NCBI RefSeq assembly: GCF_031769215.1
Contig: NW_026782433.1
Location: forward strand, 310,001-374,000
DNA from: Ylistrum balloti
Lineage: Eukaryota
Direction of reading: 5' to 3'
Length of the DNA stretch: 64,000 nt
The notes under the pieces were generated by a model. The model made no database searches and was not told the origin of the DNA. It was given only the letters and a program-made list of their open reading frames with translations. Position numbers and translations under genes: made by a program. Every line of letters begins with the position of its first letter. Within the stretch, counting starts at the first letter, position 1. This document shows positions 1-14,718 of the stretch, piece after piece.

Positions 1-150
1 CTTTCAGAAACCATGTAAATACTTTTTAGTTCTTATTTTGCCATATTTCCTTCGGGGTTGTGTTGTTTGAATTAACAAGTCCGTGTATATTTTGCTGTTT
101 TTCTTACGCACTTTTACTCAGATTTGTAACCTTGACTTGTTTTATAACAG

Positions 151-220
151 GCAGACGGCAAGCGAAAACATTAAAGCAACATATTGCAATGAATTACCTG
201 AAGATTTATGTAAATGTTGA
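151..220 (+). other. Candidate terminal exon of a gene upstream of the window
   Basis: Acceptor ttgttttataacag, then G CAG ACG GCA... giving QTASENIKATYCNELPEDLCKC*. No further support. Confidence 0.2.
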
Positions 221-3200
221 TCATCCAATTAATTAATATCATTAACAAACATAAAGTGCAAATTAGTGATAGCAGTTAGGCCTTAAAAGTACCTAGTCAC
301 ATTGATAAATAATACAAAGTGAATTAAAACTATTAACTACCATTGTAGTACCTACTATTTACTATCAACTAGGTGTTCAAATAATTTCATTTTTACATAC
401 ACCTATTTACTTCGTTTGTGAAGTGCCATATTACATACACTTATGCTGTGTGTTACAAGATCACCAATTTTATCATTTTTATAAGGATTGTGAATAAAAA
501 AATACGTAAATGTTTTCAGACGTGCACTAAAAAATCAGTGTTATACACACATACTGCAAGACGGATATATGAAATGCAGTTTTTTTAAATTTTTTATTTT
601 TTTTTTTTTAAATTTTAATTAAGTTTCGTAAATCAAAAAAGGGAGAAAGTGCCGTTATTTTGTCTCAGGTGTCATGATACTCGACTGACTCAAACAATGT
701 CTTGGTAAATAAATATGTTTCATAAGTTACAGCCTGAGGGTATGGTCCACTATTGGGAATAATGAATGCCATTATACATATATATTGACAGTTGGTTTAG
801 TGCTATAAGGTGACCGAAACCTTGTAATGTCGCTACCATGATGGCCGTCATTTGTATTGATTATTTATGTGGGTATCTACCAGAAATTTATGTCTTTTGA
901 ATGGTACATGTGGTTATTGCTATGCGTGGGATGTATATCAAAAGATCATTCATTACACTTTTATCATTTTCGCATAAACACAAATTCTTACCGATAAAAT
1001 TTTAAATTAACAACTTTGTGAAAGTCCTGCGAGTTTGCCGGTACAATATACAGTAATAAATTGATAATTGATAAAGACGCTGTCGAAGGATTTTTAACGA
1101 CTATTAATAATTGTGTGGTATTATTTTCTCGTACTGATATGTACCGTGATGTAAAGATGATAATTGAACTTGTATCTACATAGATGATTTATTAATCTAT
1201 CAAATATCTGTTGGCCTGATTATGTCAATACTTCAAAAACTTATATTACCTGATACGAACATTAATCATATACCGATCTGTGTAATGAAACAATTAGGTC
1301 CTCCTACACATATTAATTACTTATACCTTATGATAATTGAATACACATCAAACAATGACCTATGACACTAAAAGTACACGATAACTATAATTACATTGAA
1401 ACATTTTGATATCAATAAAAGTTAATTGTCAGTTTATATGGACGAATGAACAAAAAAAATATGAGACAACTGTTCTACTGTTGCCTTGTGGTTTATATAA
1501 ATGAGGAAAGAACCAAATTCAGCTGGCCTCTCTGAAAGTCATATGCAGATGTACGAACTGCCACAGTTCCACAATGGTTCATTTTTCCCGGTATTTGGTT
1601 ATATATCAGTAAATCTAATATACAGTTACAACCCCAGTTTTATCACCAAACTTATGGAAGGTTGAATCAATGAACTGTTTCGTTATTACATCTGCATCGG
1701 AAAAAAATAAGATTAGAAACGTTTGAAAAATGATATTTAAATCTGATAAGTTTAGAAACATTGAAGCTTCAATTCCAGGCGTACATTTTTGTAGATTTTC
1801 AAATTTCAAAGAATCCTTTGTTGCATTATGTATACACACTGATATGTGTAAAATTACAATATGCAGTATTAATTAAACAATGTTTTAGATATTTATTTTT
1901 CTATCCTTCACTTAAATTTTTGCTTGATATGAATAACCTTATTAACTCAGAAGTTGATAAGAATTTTATGACGTTTCCCATGAGTGTATAAAATGCAAAA
2001 ATAACGTTATTAATGTAACAGGTTTAAAATACCAAAAGCAATGCACAGCATAAGGGAATGTAATACAATGTTACTTTATCAACACTCACCGTTCTACCAG
2101 TAATTTGTGTCCTTAACTGCTTCTAAAGACCTAACAACTGTCGGGTTTTTGGTTTCACGTAACACCTCATGTCATGTGATGGCGGTATTCAAGGATGATA
2201 GAACTATTTTACCAAGCTATCTACATCATACTGATTAATTTTGACTCGGTAACATGACAGTCATGTCATAAAAATACCTACAGCAGATGAAATATTTCTA
2301 AGCATTACACTCATTACACCTATTTAAAACAAAACATTTTGATTTATGTCAGTGAAAAGGGCTGTCTCATTCCAGGAATATATCAATTAGTTATCTTGGT
2401 GATGAAAATGATTGTTACTGAACACAAAACGAGATCATACCTGATGATATATAAAACTGCAACTAAAGGCATCAGACAGTAGTTTTAAAACTCAAATTTA
2501 CCCAAATTTTGCAGCTTTTACAACACTTTTTTTCCATCAGTCTTAGGATTCTCATATACGTTTTTTAGCTAGTTATTTCGTTCCTAACGCTTTGATATTC
2601 TTTTCTTATCCTCGTACTACTATGGTGTGTGGTTCTGTGGTTTATCTTAAAGATCCGCTTGTATTTACTTTAAAGTGTTATTTTTATTAAAAACAATTAA
2701 CATCACTTCTTTATTACAAGCAGTTGTTTTTTTTTATATATGTATTCCTCAAACATTAAAATTAATGAGATAACTTGTTAATAAGATGAACGTAAAATAT
2801 AGTATTATACGAAAAAATGGTAAATCGAAATGTACATAATTAGGTCATTACACACCGTAAATAAAAACTTTGATTTTCGGGATCAAAATCAAAATATTTC
2901 CGCATGCTCTCGGCAAGTAGGCAACATTCGTAATCTTAATATCCAACATAACTCTAAACATATTTGATCATACGAAAATTGTTGGATTTGTAAAGAAAGC
3001 AAGTTGAACAACATAAAGTTTTCCTTAACAGCAGAGCCATAAAAATAGTTTGTTAATTGAATTTCTCCTAACAATAAGATTCTGGGAATCATCCACAATG
3101 TTGCAGAGATCCTACATCGTCTAATGAATCGGATAGACACACACTAAGAACAGATACTGGCCAAGTAGACAAAATTTCCTGACCTTTGTGTACAAAAATA

Positions 3201-5514
3201 GGTAAAATAAATATGAAATATTATCACTGTAAACTTAGAAAAAAATGTTGTGTTTAATTTCAAGTGAGAAATATATTAGGTGCCCCACAATGACAGAAGT
3301 TATATTAGTTTATATATGCACATAAAAGAGGGAGTGTAATGAAGTCGTAAGAAGAAGAAAAATTTCATGTAAATGTCAACACGTTTTATCTGAAGTACTA
3401 ATATCTCGTACCTCATTTGTGTGGTTTTTTTTTCAACTTTCCTAGAAGGGCAATCATTCATATCTATTCCTTAGGAGAAATGTCATTTGTAGTTGAAAAG
3501 AGTCATTTTTCGAAACGGAGAAGTAAAGAAAAAAAGTATGTCCCTTAAGGCTGCATTGCAAGCATTTTATTTTCCTAATTTTCTCCGTTTTAGTATTCAA
3601 TACCTTACGCCAATAAACAGATAATCTTTTTACCTACAAAAACAAAGAAAAAAAATCATAAATTTATGTAGGTTTTATATTTTTGTTTATTTTTTTTTTT
3701 TTATTTTATTTATTTATTTATTTATTTTGTGGGGATGCACATAGGAATTATAAGGTAAATCAGTTGAATGTTACGATATCTTTCTTGATTATATGTGACC
3801 TAAATAATTTTCATAGAATATTGTGGAAATCATCTAATATATTTCTCAGTAACATGGGGCTTTGCTGTTCATATTTCACAAATAGGTATCTAATTTCTAG
3901 CACTCTTTTTTTATAATAGAGTCTATATTTCCGTAATTGAAAAGTCACGAAGAATTTGTAGTCCAATAAAAAAAAGAGTTCAGACACACCGGGGCAACAA
4001 TCCTACATGCAGTCATACTTCGGATGTTCCATTTTCGATGCACATTCTATCCTCGTTAGTGTTCTAATGTCGTTTTCCTGCTCCACCTATATGTAATGGG
4101 ACCATGTTTACCATAGACAATATGTCACCGAGTAATTTATATATATATTTATGGAGGTAGAGAGTTACTCTGGCCATGCCTATTTTCCACGTGTTGTCCT
4201 CTAGTAAAAAAGAATGCATTATAACATGCCACTTCTCCAATTGTAACGCTTGAATCGTCAGTCCCAATATTTTACCAGTTATGAATTATGGTTTTGTATG
4301 ATATACTATGCTACACACTCAATATATTATGGTGAATTTTGCGTTCTCTATATTTTGTGTTTTAGATAAAAACTCAAAATCTATTTGTATCGTTTATTGT
4401 TGATAAGAAGTGGTCGTATTCTCCTTGTATATTTTCAGGTGTCTCCGTGTAAATCTTTCTTTTCTCCATCAAGGAAAATCTAAATTTGTCAAATCGAGTG
4501 AAAATGACATGGTATAGGGGTTTGTCCACTATTCAGTCAATTAGACAAATAGTACAAAGATCACTTGAATTCTAATTTGTATTATGCCTAACTAACGATA
4601 TGTCATAACGCCAAATAGCAGAGCTGGTTTTATCATTTTTTTATCTAATACTGAAGTGTATGTGGATGCTTGTTTACTTATGCACGTCAACACGTATACC
4701 TAAATTGGACAAAGATAAATTATGCCAAACAGGTTATAAAAGCGCAAATATCCAGTAAGTGAGAATTTCGTTGAAGCTGCCTTGGACGAAAGACACAAAC
4801 GAGCTTTCATTACCACCAGAAGTTATATAAACTCCTTGATAAGAAACCTTGTCATCTATAAAAAGAACTCTAAGAAATAGTGTTGTATTGAGGAAATTAA
4901 GATATGATTTTTACCTTCTTAATTATTTGATCGCAAATATCGCTGACGGATTTTCCGAAAAGGAACGGTTAATTTTTCGATGATTGAAATAGTAGCATTT
5001 AAATTCTATCTTCTTTTTATTTAAATCCTTACATGTTACATTTGTCAGTATATTCATGGAAAGTTTGAAGATTGAAAACACAGAGGTAATATGGAATTAA
5101 GCTATAAAGGATAAGATTCCTAGATAAACAAAATCTGATACAAATGGCAACAGACGGAATAATGACTAGGTTCTTAAGCATTTGCGTTCACAAATAACGT
5201 ATAACACAAGATATTAAGGTTTTACACTTCATCGATAAAAATGGGTGCCAGCACATGTAGGTAAAGGTAAATAATTTAAAATCTATTAAGAATGTAATCA
5301 GAAAAGTAATAAACACTGCTCAAAAGCAGTTTCTGTAATTGTATTTTTGCATAAAAGCAGTTAATTACAAAAGCATATTAATCATTACAAATCCATATAA
5401 AGTACACTTACCAACTTAAGATGATTTTCGTACAAATCAATGTTAAACTGTCCAAATTATGCAATCCATAGGTCCGTCAACTCCTGCTCATTTACACACC
5501 TGTGTTGATTTTAC

Positions 5515-5643
5515 CTGTGCGAGGTAATTATGATAACTATATGGTCCATGATCGCCCATCATAGCTGTAGTAGTGTATATCAGAGGTGACGGATTGACCC
5601 TGGTAACACACATGACAGACTCGGGTCGTAAATCGTCACACTT
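5515..5643 (-). other. Candidate isolated coding exon (43 aa, phase 0-0)
   Basis: Acceptor ttgtgtcctacag, donor CAG|gtaaaa and an open frame KCDDLRPESVMCVTRVNPSPLIYTTTAMMGDHGPYSYHNYLAQ. No neighbouring exons could be linked with confidence. Confidence 0.3.
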
Positions 5644-7919
5644 CTGTAGGACACAACTGTCAACTATGTCAGTTTGGTAGGAACCCAATGGATGAATAGC
5701 TTAATTCAAAAATGGGGGAAATCGGTGGACCTCCTTTAATGTATGTACGCATACACAGGAAATGTTGACAAAATATAAAATAATGCAATGTTCTGATTTG
5801 TAATAACTTCAGATTTGATAAAGCTACAAGATAGGAGGTATAGTACACGTAAAATGAAAGTAGATTCTTTACAAAACAAATGCGGATCTATGACAGTAAA
5901 TGCTCTAAAGAGGAGCTTATTTCTTCTATTGAAAACATCCCTGCAAATCACTTAAACATAATATAAAAGTATTATTTTAATCTTAACATAATAAACACAT
6001 TTTGATGAGAAAACATATAACACATTGTTTTATAATATAAAAAAAACAATATTTTGTAATTCTTTTGAATGGTATTAGAATATGTTACTTTAGAGATACG
6101 CTTGACCCCAGCTTACCTTGTGTCTGATTGCCCGTGTGATTACACCAATAGGCCATGTGACCTGGTTTTGTCATGGATTACGAATATTGATACCATGTCC
6201 CTGACAATCGTTTATCGATACACACCAAAACATCACGAATAATGAAAAATGGTGTCAAAGTTACCAAATGTGTCTGGCATACTGACATTAGATAACATAC
6301 AGAGCAGTATAGTTTAACAATATTGGTTCGTCCCGGTGACATCATAGATAAAAACGCTCTTTGTCAAAGGTGAAATACTGACACACATAATTCTGCTGAT
6401 TTACATATATATTTCCTTTTCTGGATTATATTCCATTAAATGAAAAATAACAAAATACAGTATCAAAGGTAGCAGTCCTGTCCTTACACATGCATGAATT
6501 TAACACTAGTACCATATTTCTTGAGATCTGGAAATGACCTAAGCCATTTTGTTTATTAGCATTTAAAGTCAATTCACGATTTCCAACAACAACAGTTATC
6601 TACGATACCACAAGCATGTTCTGTCACATTAAATATTAAAAATAAACCGGTATAGGAATTAGGGATATTTCTGGAACCACTACTTATGACGTCCTGAATG
6701 AAATAGTTTATATTGAGCTGATGTCCCCATTATAACACCTGGAATGTTTACTAATCTCCAGTGGTTTAAATTTCCTTCGTACTCCAAAAAACCAAACAGA
6801 TCCCAAGCGAGTTGTAAAATGGCGTCTGTTTGATGCAGATTTATTCACTAATATGTACAATTTGTAGCTTTCTATATTTAAACTGAAATGGGCCATTCGC
6901 TTCTGTGTTTTGTCATTAGTCTTCACATGATGGAGAACACATAGGACGATTGACATATATGCCATTTCAGCATTTCAAAACATTACTAATACAAACAGAC
7001 GATCTGATTTGCCTCTTTGCATATGCAAAGATCGTATACAATTTAGCAATACAGACGTTACAGTCACACGACAGAGGTAGCCAATCATTCCTTCTGGTAA
7101 ACATTGCCGAGATGGAGTGAAACATGACGAAATGAGACAAAACCTGCATGATATCGTATGTAACAAAACATCAAACCACAAGTCATCAAAATACGACTGG
7201 TAGACACGGCATGTCAGCATTACATAAAAAATATCAACAAAAAACAACAAGAGGAACATCGATGCTATATCCTACACTTATCACAGTGGCCAATGTTGAT
7301 GTAAAAAGAAAAACCAGACACAATCGAGAGTCCTAGTGAACGCAAAACGGACTTAACATTTCTTTGAGAATTTAAAACTTACTATCACGAACCTCCATTA
7401 CTATTGTCACCAAATACACAAGATCAATGCTGACAAAAATACTGATTTTGTGACAAAACAAATGTAGCGGAGTCGCTTACTGATTGTGTACCTTCGTGAG
7501 ATTACATTCGACTGGTGCCAAATACAATTAATTCGGTGTATGTTTTTTTTTTAAATTTGATTGGCAACAAAGGTAACAAAGTGTCCATTTGTCTGATATG
7601 TTATAATGCAAAACAGAGGAACTACGTATAACATGACGGTTAGTTTTAACGTCACATCATACAATTCATCAAAATCTCAACAGATGCTGGATTCTAGCAA
7701 TGCCATTCCTAAGGTGCAATCGGTTTATCATATATTACAAAGCTAAACGTTGTCTGTACATCCCTTCGAATATGTTAAGACGCGATTTATGATTTGTATG
7801 TAAAAATTACCTATCATTGAGACACATGCGCAGGCAGTACGGTGTTTCATAGAAAAACGTCAAGAATATATCGAAACAAAACCGTTATCCAATGCAATGC
7901 ATTACCAAAGGAAATATTG

Positions 7920-8010
7920 GTACTAAGACCCGTGGAAAAATTACAATTAAAATAAGACCAGGTGTTCCGGAAGGGTAATCGTCTTTTACTTCATCGACGA
8001 CATTCTCTAT
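7920..8010 (-). mobile_element. Copy of the same retroelement/SINE 3' tail as 43030-43140
   Basis: The minus strand gtcgtcgatgaagtaaaagacgattacccttccggaacacctggtcttatt aligns with the 43040-43110 sequence. Confidence 0.55.
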
Positions 8011-8786
8011 GTAAGTATCCCTTAAATTAGGTAATGTCAACCTCTCAAATGAGAACATTGCCAACAACCACGAAACCGTCGGGCATTTTTAACTAGACTT
8101 GTATACATGCATAAGACATAGATTTCTATCATCTCGTTACTATTGATGTATCCATTGATATCTACATACAAAAACATGTGTATATATAATCTGGCAGAAT
8201 CTACGATATGTGTTGGACATTTTCACTCCTCGGCATAAAACATCAGCCGTGGTTCTGATTTAATGTATGACTGCCCAGTACATCACATCTGAACAACCTG
8301 TCAAAGTAATGCAATCTTTATCGCTTTCTTGGCCTGTAGCCTCGACTTCGCTACAGACCAGGTGTGACCTACAATGCATTCTATTACACATGCCGTCACT
8401 TACATACACACCTGCATACGAGCAAGCTACATCTATTGTGATCAGTGTGTAAAATCAGTACTTATCCCAACGACAAGTGGACATAGAAGATAGAAGATTG
8501 CATAATGTTTAAGGTGAAATGAGGACTGCATTCCTCTCTCAAATCAATATCTTTACAACTAGTTCAGAACAGCACAGGTGCATTTAAATGTTATTTAAGG
8601 CGAATCTAAGACCATGAAAGGTTATCAAGGAATTTAAAGTTAATTTCAAATATCATCCGAAGCAGATTTCATATGTCTTTTTTTCAAATCCAGTGCAGAA
8701 CTAAAATGAATTGAGAAGTAGTCCATTGGTTACTGTCACTGACCTCCCGATTAATACGCACTGACGGCAAAGACATTCTAGGTAAT

Positions 8787-9686
8787 ATGGCTAATGGTAG
8801 ATGTTGTCCCAGGTATCTGTGCTGTATCTCCGGTGTAACAAGGTTACTATTTACCAATGGTAGATGTTGTCCCATGTATCTGTGCTGTATCTCCGGTGTA
8901 GCAAGGTTACTATTTACCACTGGTAGATGTTGTCCCATGTATCTGTGCTGTATCTCCTGTGTAACAAGGTTACTATTTACCAATGGTAGATGTTGTCCCA
9001 TGTATCTGTGCTGTATCTCCTGTGTAACAAGGTTACTATTTACCAATGGTAGATGTTGTCCCAGGTATATGTGCTGTATCTCCGGTGTAACAAGGTTACT
9101 ATTTACCAATGGTAGATGTAGTCCCATTTATCTGTGCTGTATCTCCTGTGTAACAAGGTTACTATTTACCAATGGTAGATGTAGTCCCATTTATCTGTGC
9201 TGTATCTCCTGTGTAACAAGGTTACTATTTACCAATGGTAGATGTAGTCCCATGTATCTGTGCTGTATCTCCTGTGTAACAAGGTTACTATTTACCAATG
9301 GTAGATGTTGTCCCAGGTATCTGTGCTGTATCTCCGGTGTAGCAAGGTTACAATTTACCAATGGTAGATGTTGTCCCATTTATCTGTGCTGTATCTCCGG
9401 TGTAACAAGGTTACTATTTACCAATGGTAGATGTTGTCCCATGTATTTGTGCTGTATCTCCTGTGTAACAAGGTTACTATTTACCAATGGTAGATGTAGT
9501 CCCATTTATCTGTGCTGTATCTCCGGTGTAGCAAGGTTACAATTTACCAATGGTAGATGTTGTCCCATGTATCTGTGCTGTATCTCCGGTGTAGAAAGGT
9601 CCCTATTTACCAATGGTAGATGTAGTCCCATTTATCTGTGCTGTATCTCCGGTGTAGAAAGGTCCCTATTTACCAATGGTAGATGA
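8787..9686. repeat. 60-bp minisatellite, ~15 copies
   Basis: Unit ggttactatttaccaatggtagatgttgtcccatgtatctgtgctgtatctccggtgtaacaa with point variants. Confidence 0.95.
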
Positions 9687-10589
9687 TTTTTTAATGTTAC
9701 AATCATCAAATGCTCTTGAAGAATAACACCAAGCAAATTAAATACTGTAAAGGTATATGTCCATTACGTGTTTAAAAGAAAAAGCATGATTCCAGGCCAA
9801 CTGACTTCGGTTCCTCGGCCTGTAACCTTTCTGTTCATCCTGTAACATGTTAAGAATATCCGACGTATTGACCATTCAGACCCTAATTATCACTGACGAG
9901 TCCTAGAAGATTGAACATCTCTATGGTAAAGTTTCTTTTTATCATTATCTGGTTATACTCTAATTTCTTATATAAATCGAAATATGCTTCAAAAATTATT
10001 TTTAAATCCTGGAATCTTAACGTATGTCTATGGCCTGTGGTAGTGTGTATTAGCATGGTGACCAGTATAGGGTAAGTCCCGTGACCCAGGGGACATAACG
10101 GAGACAGATGACCTGAGTTAGTCTGGGGACAAATGCTTGCCTTGTGACCTGGCTATTCCAGAAATCAAAACTAGCCAAGTTATGGTTTATATTGATAAAT
10201 GTAAGCTATAGACAGCTAGAGACAAATTACATATCCATCATTTTACGTAGCTCTAATGCCGCTCATCGCTTGTGAATACATAGTATGTATAATGAAACAA
10301 CACGATGCCGCTTTTCAAAATCTGAGAAATGGTTTATGGTTTGAATTTTAGCCAAACCTTCCTGAACATTACAAACAGAGTATGAGGTTTAGAGATTGTA
10401 AGTTAAATTTATCTTAAATGCTTTACAAAGCACTTGTATCTACAGAAAAAACAACCCGGATGCGCGTCTATATGACAAGCCAACAATATTCACTAAATCA
10501 TATGATATACTTATAAATCAATGTAGATTGATTGGAAATCTGAAAGTTTGTAAATAAAATAAAATTTGCCTGTATTTAAGTTTTGGTAA

Positions 10590-11665
10590 TGAATCGTGGT
10601 GTATACATTGATCATGTTAAGACTTTGTGTGTACAGTGTGCCAAATTCAAGGCCCACAACATCTTAATTATAGAGTTATTATTCTACAACACAACATCAA
10701 ATTGCTTGCATTTAAACAAGGATAATGAAGGTTGGTGAATACATTGATCATACTAAGAGAATGCGCAGTGTAACTAAGTCAGGACTCTCGACCCGTAATT
10801 ATAAAGTTATTGCCCTTTGTTTAAAAAATTGTGTCCGGAGCATAACGTTGCCCACAATTAGGCAAGAATCTTATAACTTCGTGCATACATTGGCTATACT
10901 GAGGCAATTTACCGTGTTCCAAATCAGGGCCCTCGATACCTAATATACAGAGTTACTGCCCTTTGTTAAAATTGCATGTCCGGAGCATAAATTTGCTTGC
11001 ATTCGAACAAAGATAACGAAACTTGGTGGATGCATTGATCATACTACGGCAAAATGCAGTGTACGAAATTCAGGGCACTCGGTCCCTCAGTTGTAGTCCT
11101 ATTACTCTTTGCTAAAAATTCTCTTGTACTGAGCACAACTTTGTATAAATTTGATCATTCTAAGACAATGTTTTGCGTACCGAATTCAGGGCCATCGACC
11201 CCTCAGTTACAGAGTTATTGCCCTTTGTTAAAATACCTTGTGTAAATTAAAACTCTGCCTGCATTTATGGTAGGATAATGAAACTTGATGCATTCATTGA
11301 TCTTACAAAGATGATGTGCAATGTACCAAGTTTAGGGCCCGCAACCCCTTAATTACAGAGCTATTACCCTTCGTTAAAATTTCGTGTCTGGGGCATAACT
11401 TTGCCCTTTATTTAAACTATGATATTGAAACGTGGTGTCTATATCAGTCATAAAAAAAGCAAGTTGCAGTATAGAAATGTCAGGACCCATGACCCTTCAG
11501 TACAGAGTTATTGCCCTTTGTTATTTTTTTACTAAGAAAATATTCAGTAAACCAAATTCAGGGCCTGCGACCCCATACTTACAGAATTATTGCCCTTTAC
11601 TAAAATTTTGTGTCCAATAAAGTCGTTTTCGGAGAGCATTCATCAGCTTCATTGATACTCTTGTT
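10590..11665 (+). mobile_element. Non-autonomous Helitron/Helentron-like (HINE-type) element with internal ~140-bp degenerate repeats
   Basis: Recurring gagttattgccctttgtt and cattgatcatac motifs about every 140-150 bp. 3' end has an imperfect hairpin gagcattcatcagcttcattgatactc followed by ttgtt. The 5' boundary is approximate. Confidence 0.6.
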
Positions 11666-14099
11666 AACACTCACTCACCAAAGCAATGTTTAGATACTAC
11701 ACGGGAAATCTGATGAAATTAATGTGCCATATTACACGGTTAATATGTCTTTTGATTCGAATTCCAAATGCTTGTTTCCATTATCTGGGTCTCCGCAAAA
11801 AAATCGGCTGTTGACAGATGAATTAACAAAGTGAGGATACCAGGTGTTGTCAGGTCTAAATATAAGAGACTCTATTTGAAGTTGCAAGTACACATGTTCT
11901 TCATTTCCTTATGTCAGTAGTCATTGACGGTAACCGATTTAAAAATAGCTTTCCAATATTTTTTTTTTTTTTTTGTATTAGATTGTTATGAATGTTTGAA
12001 GCGAATGTTTGAAGCTAGTTGTGAGTTTGCTCTTTTGTATTTGGTTGTTTGAATGTTTAAGTGATAAAAATAGATAGTTTAAAGTTTGCTGTGTTTCAAT
12101 ACGAAGGAGACTCTATGTGAAAAAGTCATTGTGATTTCTCTGTAGAATTTCACCTTCACATGACGAAGCCTTGAAATCTAATGATATTCACAAACAGTAG
12201 GTTTTTCTCGGTGGTGATGTGCCATCGGCTCTGCTCTGTTGAGCGTATACATGGCCATCGTGTTTGCTACCTATTTTTTTTTATTATTTATTATTATTAT
12301 TTGTCTTGCAACGTAGTATGTAAAATGCGTGCGGAAACGCATACTATCTTTATCATTTGTAGAGAATGACTGGAAACAGATCTTTACTGAATTAAGATCC
12401 AACTCTTTGAAGTACATAGGCTGTTTTCTAGACCGTCTTTATTTTGTCGGCAGTTTTTGTATTTTACTAGGATTTCTTACAATGTTTGTCATTTAATATA
12501 CGAGGTCTGAATTGAATATTTGCCATTACGTGATAAGCGTTGGTCACCGTCGCCATACCGACAGCCATATTGGGGATGATCGTCATCAAATAACATCAGA
12601 TTTGAGGTTTTTTTGGTCCTTCATCCGTCCTTTGATACATGAAAACCTTTTTCTTAGAGGTCTGTTTTGCTGCTTAATATTCATCGTAGAATTCTCGTAC
12701 ATTTACGTATTACAAAGGATTATTTACAAGGTTGTTTCTGCTAGTTATAGTAGTTTGAATTATGGTTTATAGATGAAATCTTATTCGGTGTCTTTTGATC
12801 AGATGATAACAAGGTATGATGATATTCTCATGTATTTTTAGCTACAATGTGAAAGTATAGTAGCGGACGCTTCCGTGTGGCTGCTCTGTAAAGAGGCCTT
12901 CAAGTTTGCTATAGTGTTTAAATTTACTATAGATTTTATGTTCCAAAATCATGACTCTAACATTTTTAATGGTTCACTCTATTCTTAATTCATACTATTA
13001 GAAGGATATCTAGAGAGATTTCCTGTGGAAAAAGGTCATATAAGCTTCCTTGAAATGTTTTAACTCACACTACATAAGTATATATCCTGGCAATTCTTAC
13101 CGCTTTCTATATCAGCATGTATGTACCCTACACATCAACAGAGCGAGTCTATGCCGTGTTACAATTGGTTCTTAAAATTTATCTCGTCTTAAACTACAAA
13201 TCTATAATGCTTTACTATAACTGTGAATTTTTTCATCATTATCTATTGTAATCTATGGTCTCAAGTTGTGTTTGCATTATTATGTTCCTTTGTTTTACAT
13301 CTTTGTTAGTGGAAATACAATATCTTGAGAGCTTACGTTCACTGTTCCGATTAAGGGGAAATAACTACTGATAATTAGCTAACTCTTTTGCACTGAAGGG
13401 AAAATAATCAAGTCAAATATGTGCGCGAATTTATGGAGAGATTTGGCCTGTATACGGTAAACATTGTCGATACTGAATCTATGTTTGCTTTATCATAAAC
13501 TAAAGATTTCTAGATAGCAATTAACCACATTTCCTCATTTCCCGACCAACGGTGTTATGACGAGAATGCATTTTGCCATTTTCTATGACGCTTGTCCAAA
13601 GGTGTCGGCACTACACAGTCAGTACGTCCTCTCTGTTACAGAACTAGACCAGTACAACTACTGGGGAGTTATGACAACGATTTTTATTTTGATATGTATA
13701 TCAGATGTGTAACCGTCAAAATTATGGTGTTTGGGGCCAACGAGAACTACAAAGATATAACTAATTTGTTGTTAAACTGACCCCGTGTCCCACTAAGCAG
13801 ACGCCCTATCTACAGGGCTTACACAACATAGTAAAATATATTTGGTGATTATATGTTAACCTATGGCGCCGTAACAATTAATGTTACACTCTTTTACACG
13901 TTAATATTAATTTAAAACGTATATAGGGAAGACACATGTGGGTCATAATCCCAGTCCCTGTCTTACAGAATAAATTGCATCAGAGACCTAAATATTCATT
14001 AAAGGATATTTACAACAGATTTGGACATCTAAGTCTGTGCTTAAACCCAGCTACACTTTTAGTGACAGTGTTTATCATAGTAAAAAATCATTACTTTAC

Positions 14100-14340
14100 T
14101 AGTAATAATAATAATAATAATAAATTTATTCAGGAAAGATTTGCACAAATGTATACAAAGCATGATAAATAAAATACATGTTACATAGTACATAAGGTGA
14201 AAAATTGACATAAATAAAACATGCAACACCGGAACATAAAATCACAATAAAGACAACTGATATATATGTTAAACAAATCTATCCAAGGATAGCTCAAAAA
14301 GCGTAATAATATACGCTTATTTCCGTTGGGGTCCTTCTGT
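14100..14340 (-). mobile_element. 3' end of an L2/CR1-like LINE (or LINE-tailed SINE)
   Basis: The minus strand reads ggaccccaacggaaataagcgtatattattacgctt (7-bp stem hairpin, 14299-14318) and ends in aataaa plus an (ATT)n tail at 14100-14125. Confidence 0.45.
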
Positions 14341-14410
14341 AAACTTTTTTTAATCTATGCGATGGCAGTATATGAATCAAATCAGAATATCAGAGATATT
14401 TGTGTCATTT

Positions 14411-14573
14411 AGGTGGTATTTAGCTTGAATGATTGGTGGCATTTAGCTTGAATGATTGGTGGCATTTAGCTTGAATGATTGGTGTCATTTAGCTTGAATG
14501 ATTGGTGTCATTTAGCTTGAATGATTGGTGGCATTTAGCTTGAATGATTGGTGGTATTTAGTTTCAATGATTG
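14411..14573. repeat. 23-bp minisatellite, ~7 copies
   Basis: Unit ggtggcatttagcttgaatgatt. Confidence 0.9.
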
Positions 14574-14718
14574 TTTAAATCTCAAAATAGAAATATTGAA
14601 ACAGTTAATTTTTTAAATAGCTTCATGTACATCTGAAAAAAGTGCCTCATGATAGGTTAAAATCTATTTTGATTTCACTACAATATTTCTATAATTGTCA
14701 CACTTTGTGTTGACAGGA

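Noticed and set aside
8787-9686. 299-aa Cys-rich ORF (and the minus-strand ORFs 8684-9127, 9191-9379)
   Set aside because: It is the translation of a 60-bp (in-frame) minisatellite. Unit variants are mostly amino-acid changing, and there is no non-repeat coding context.
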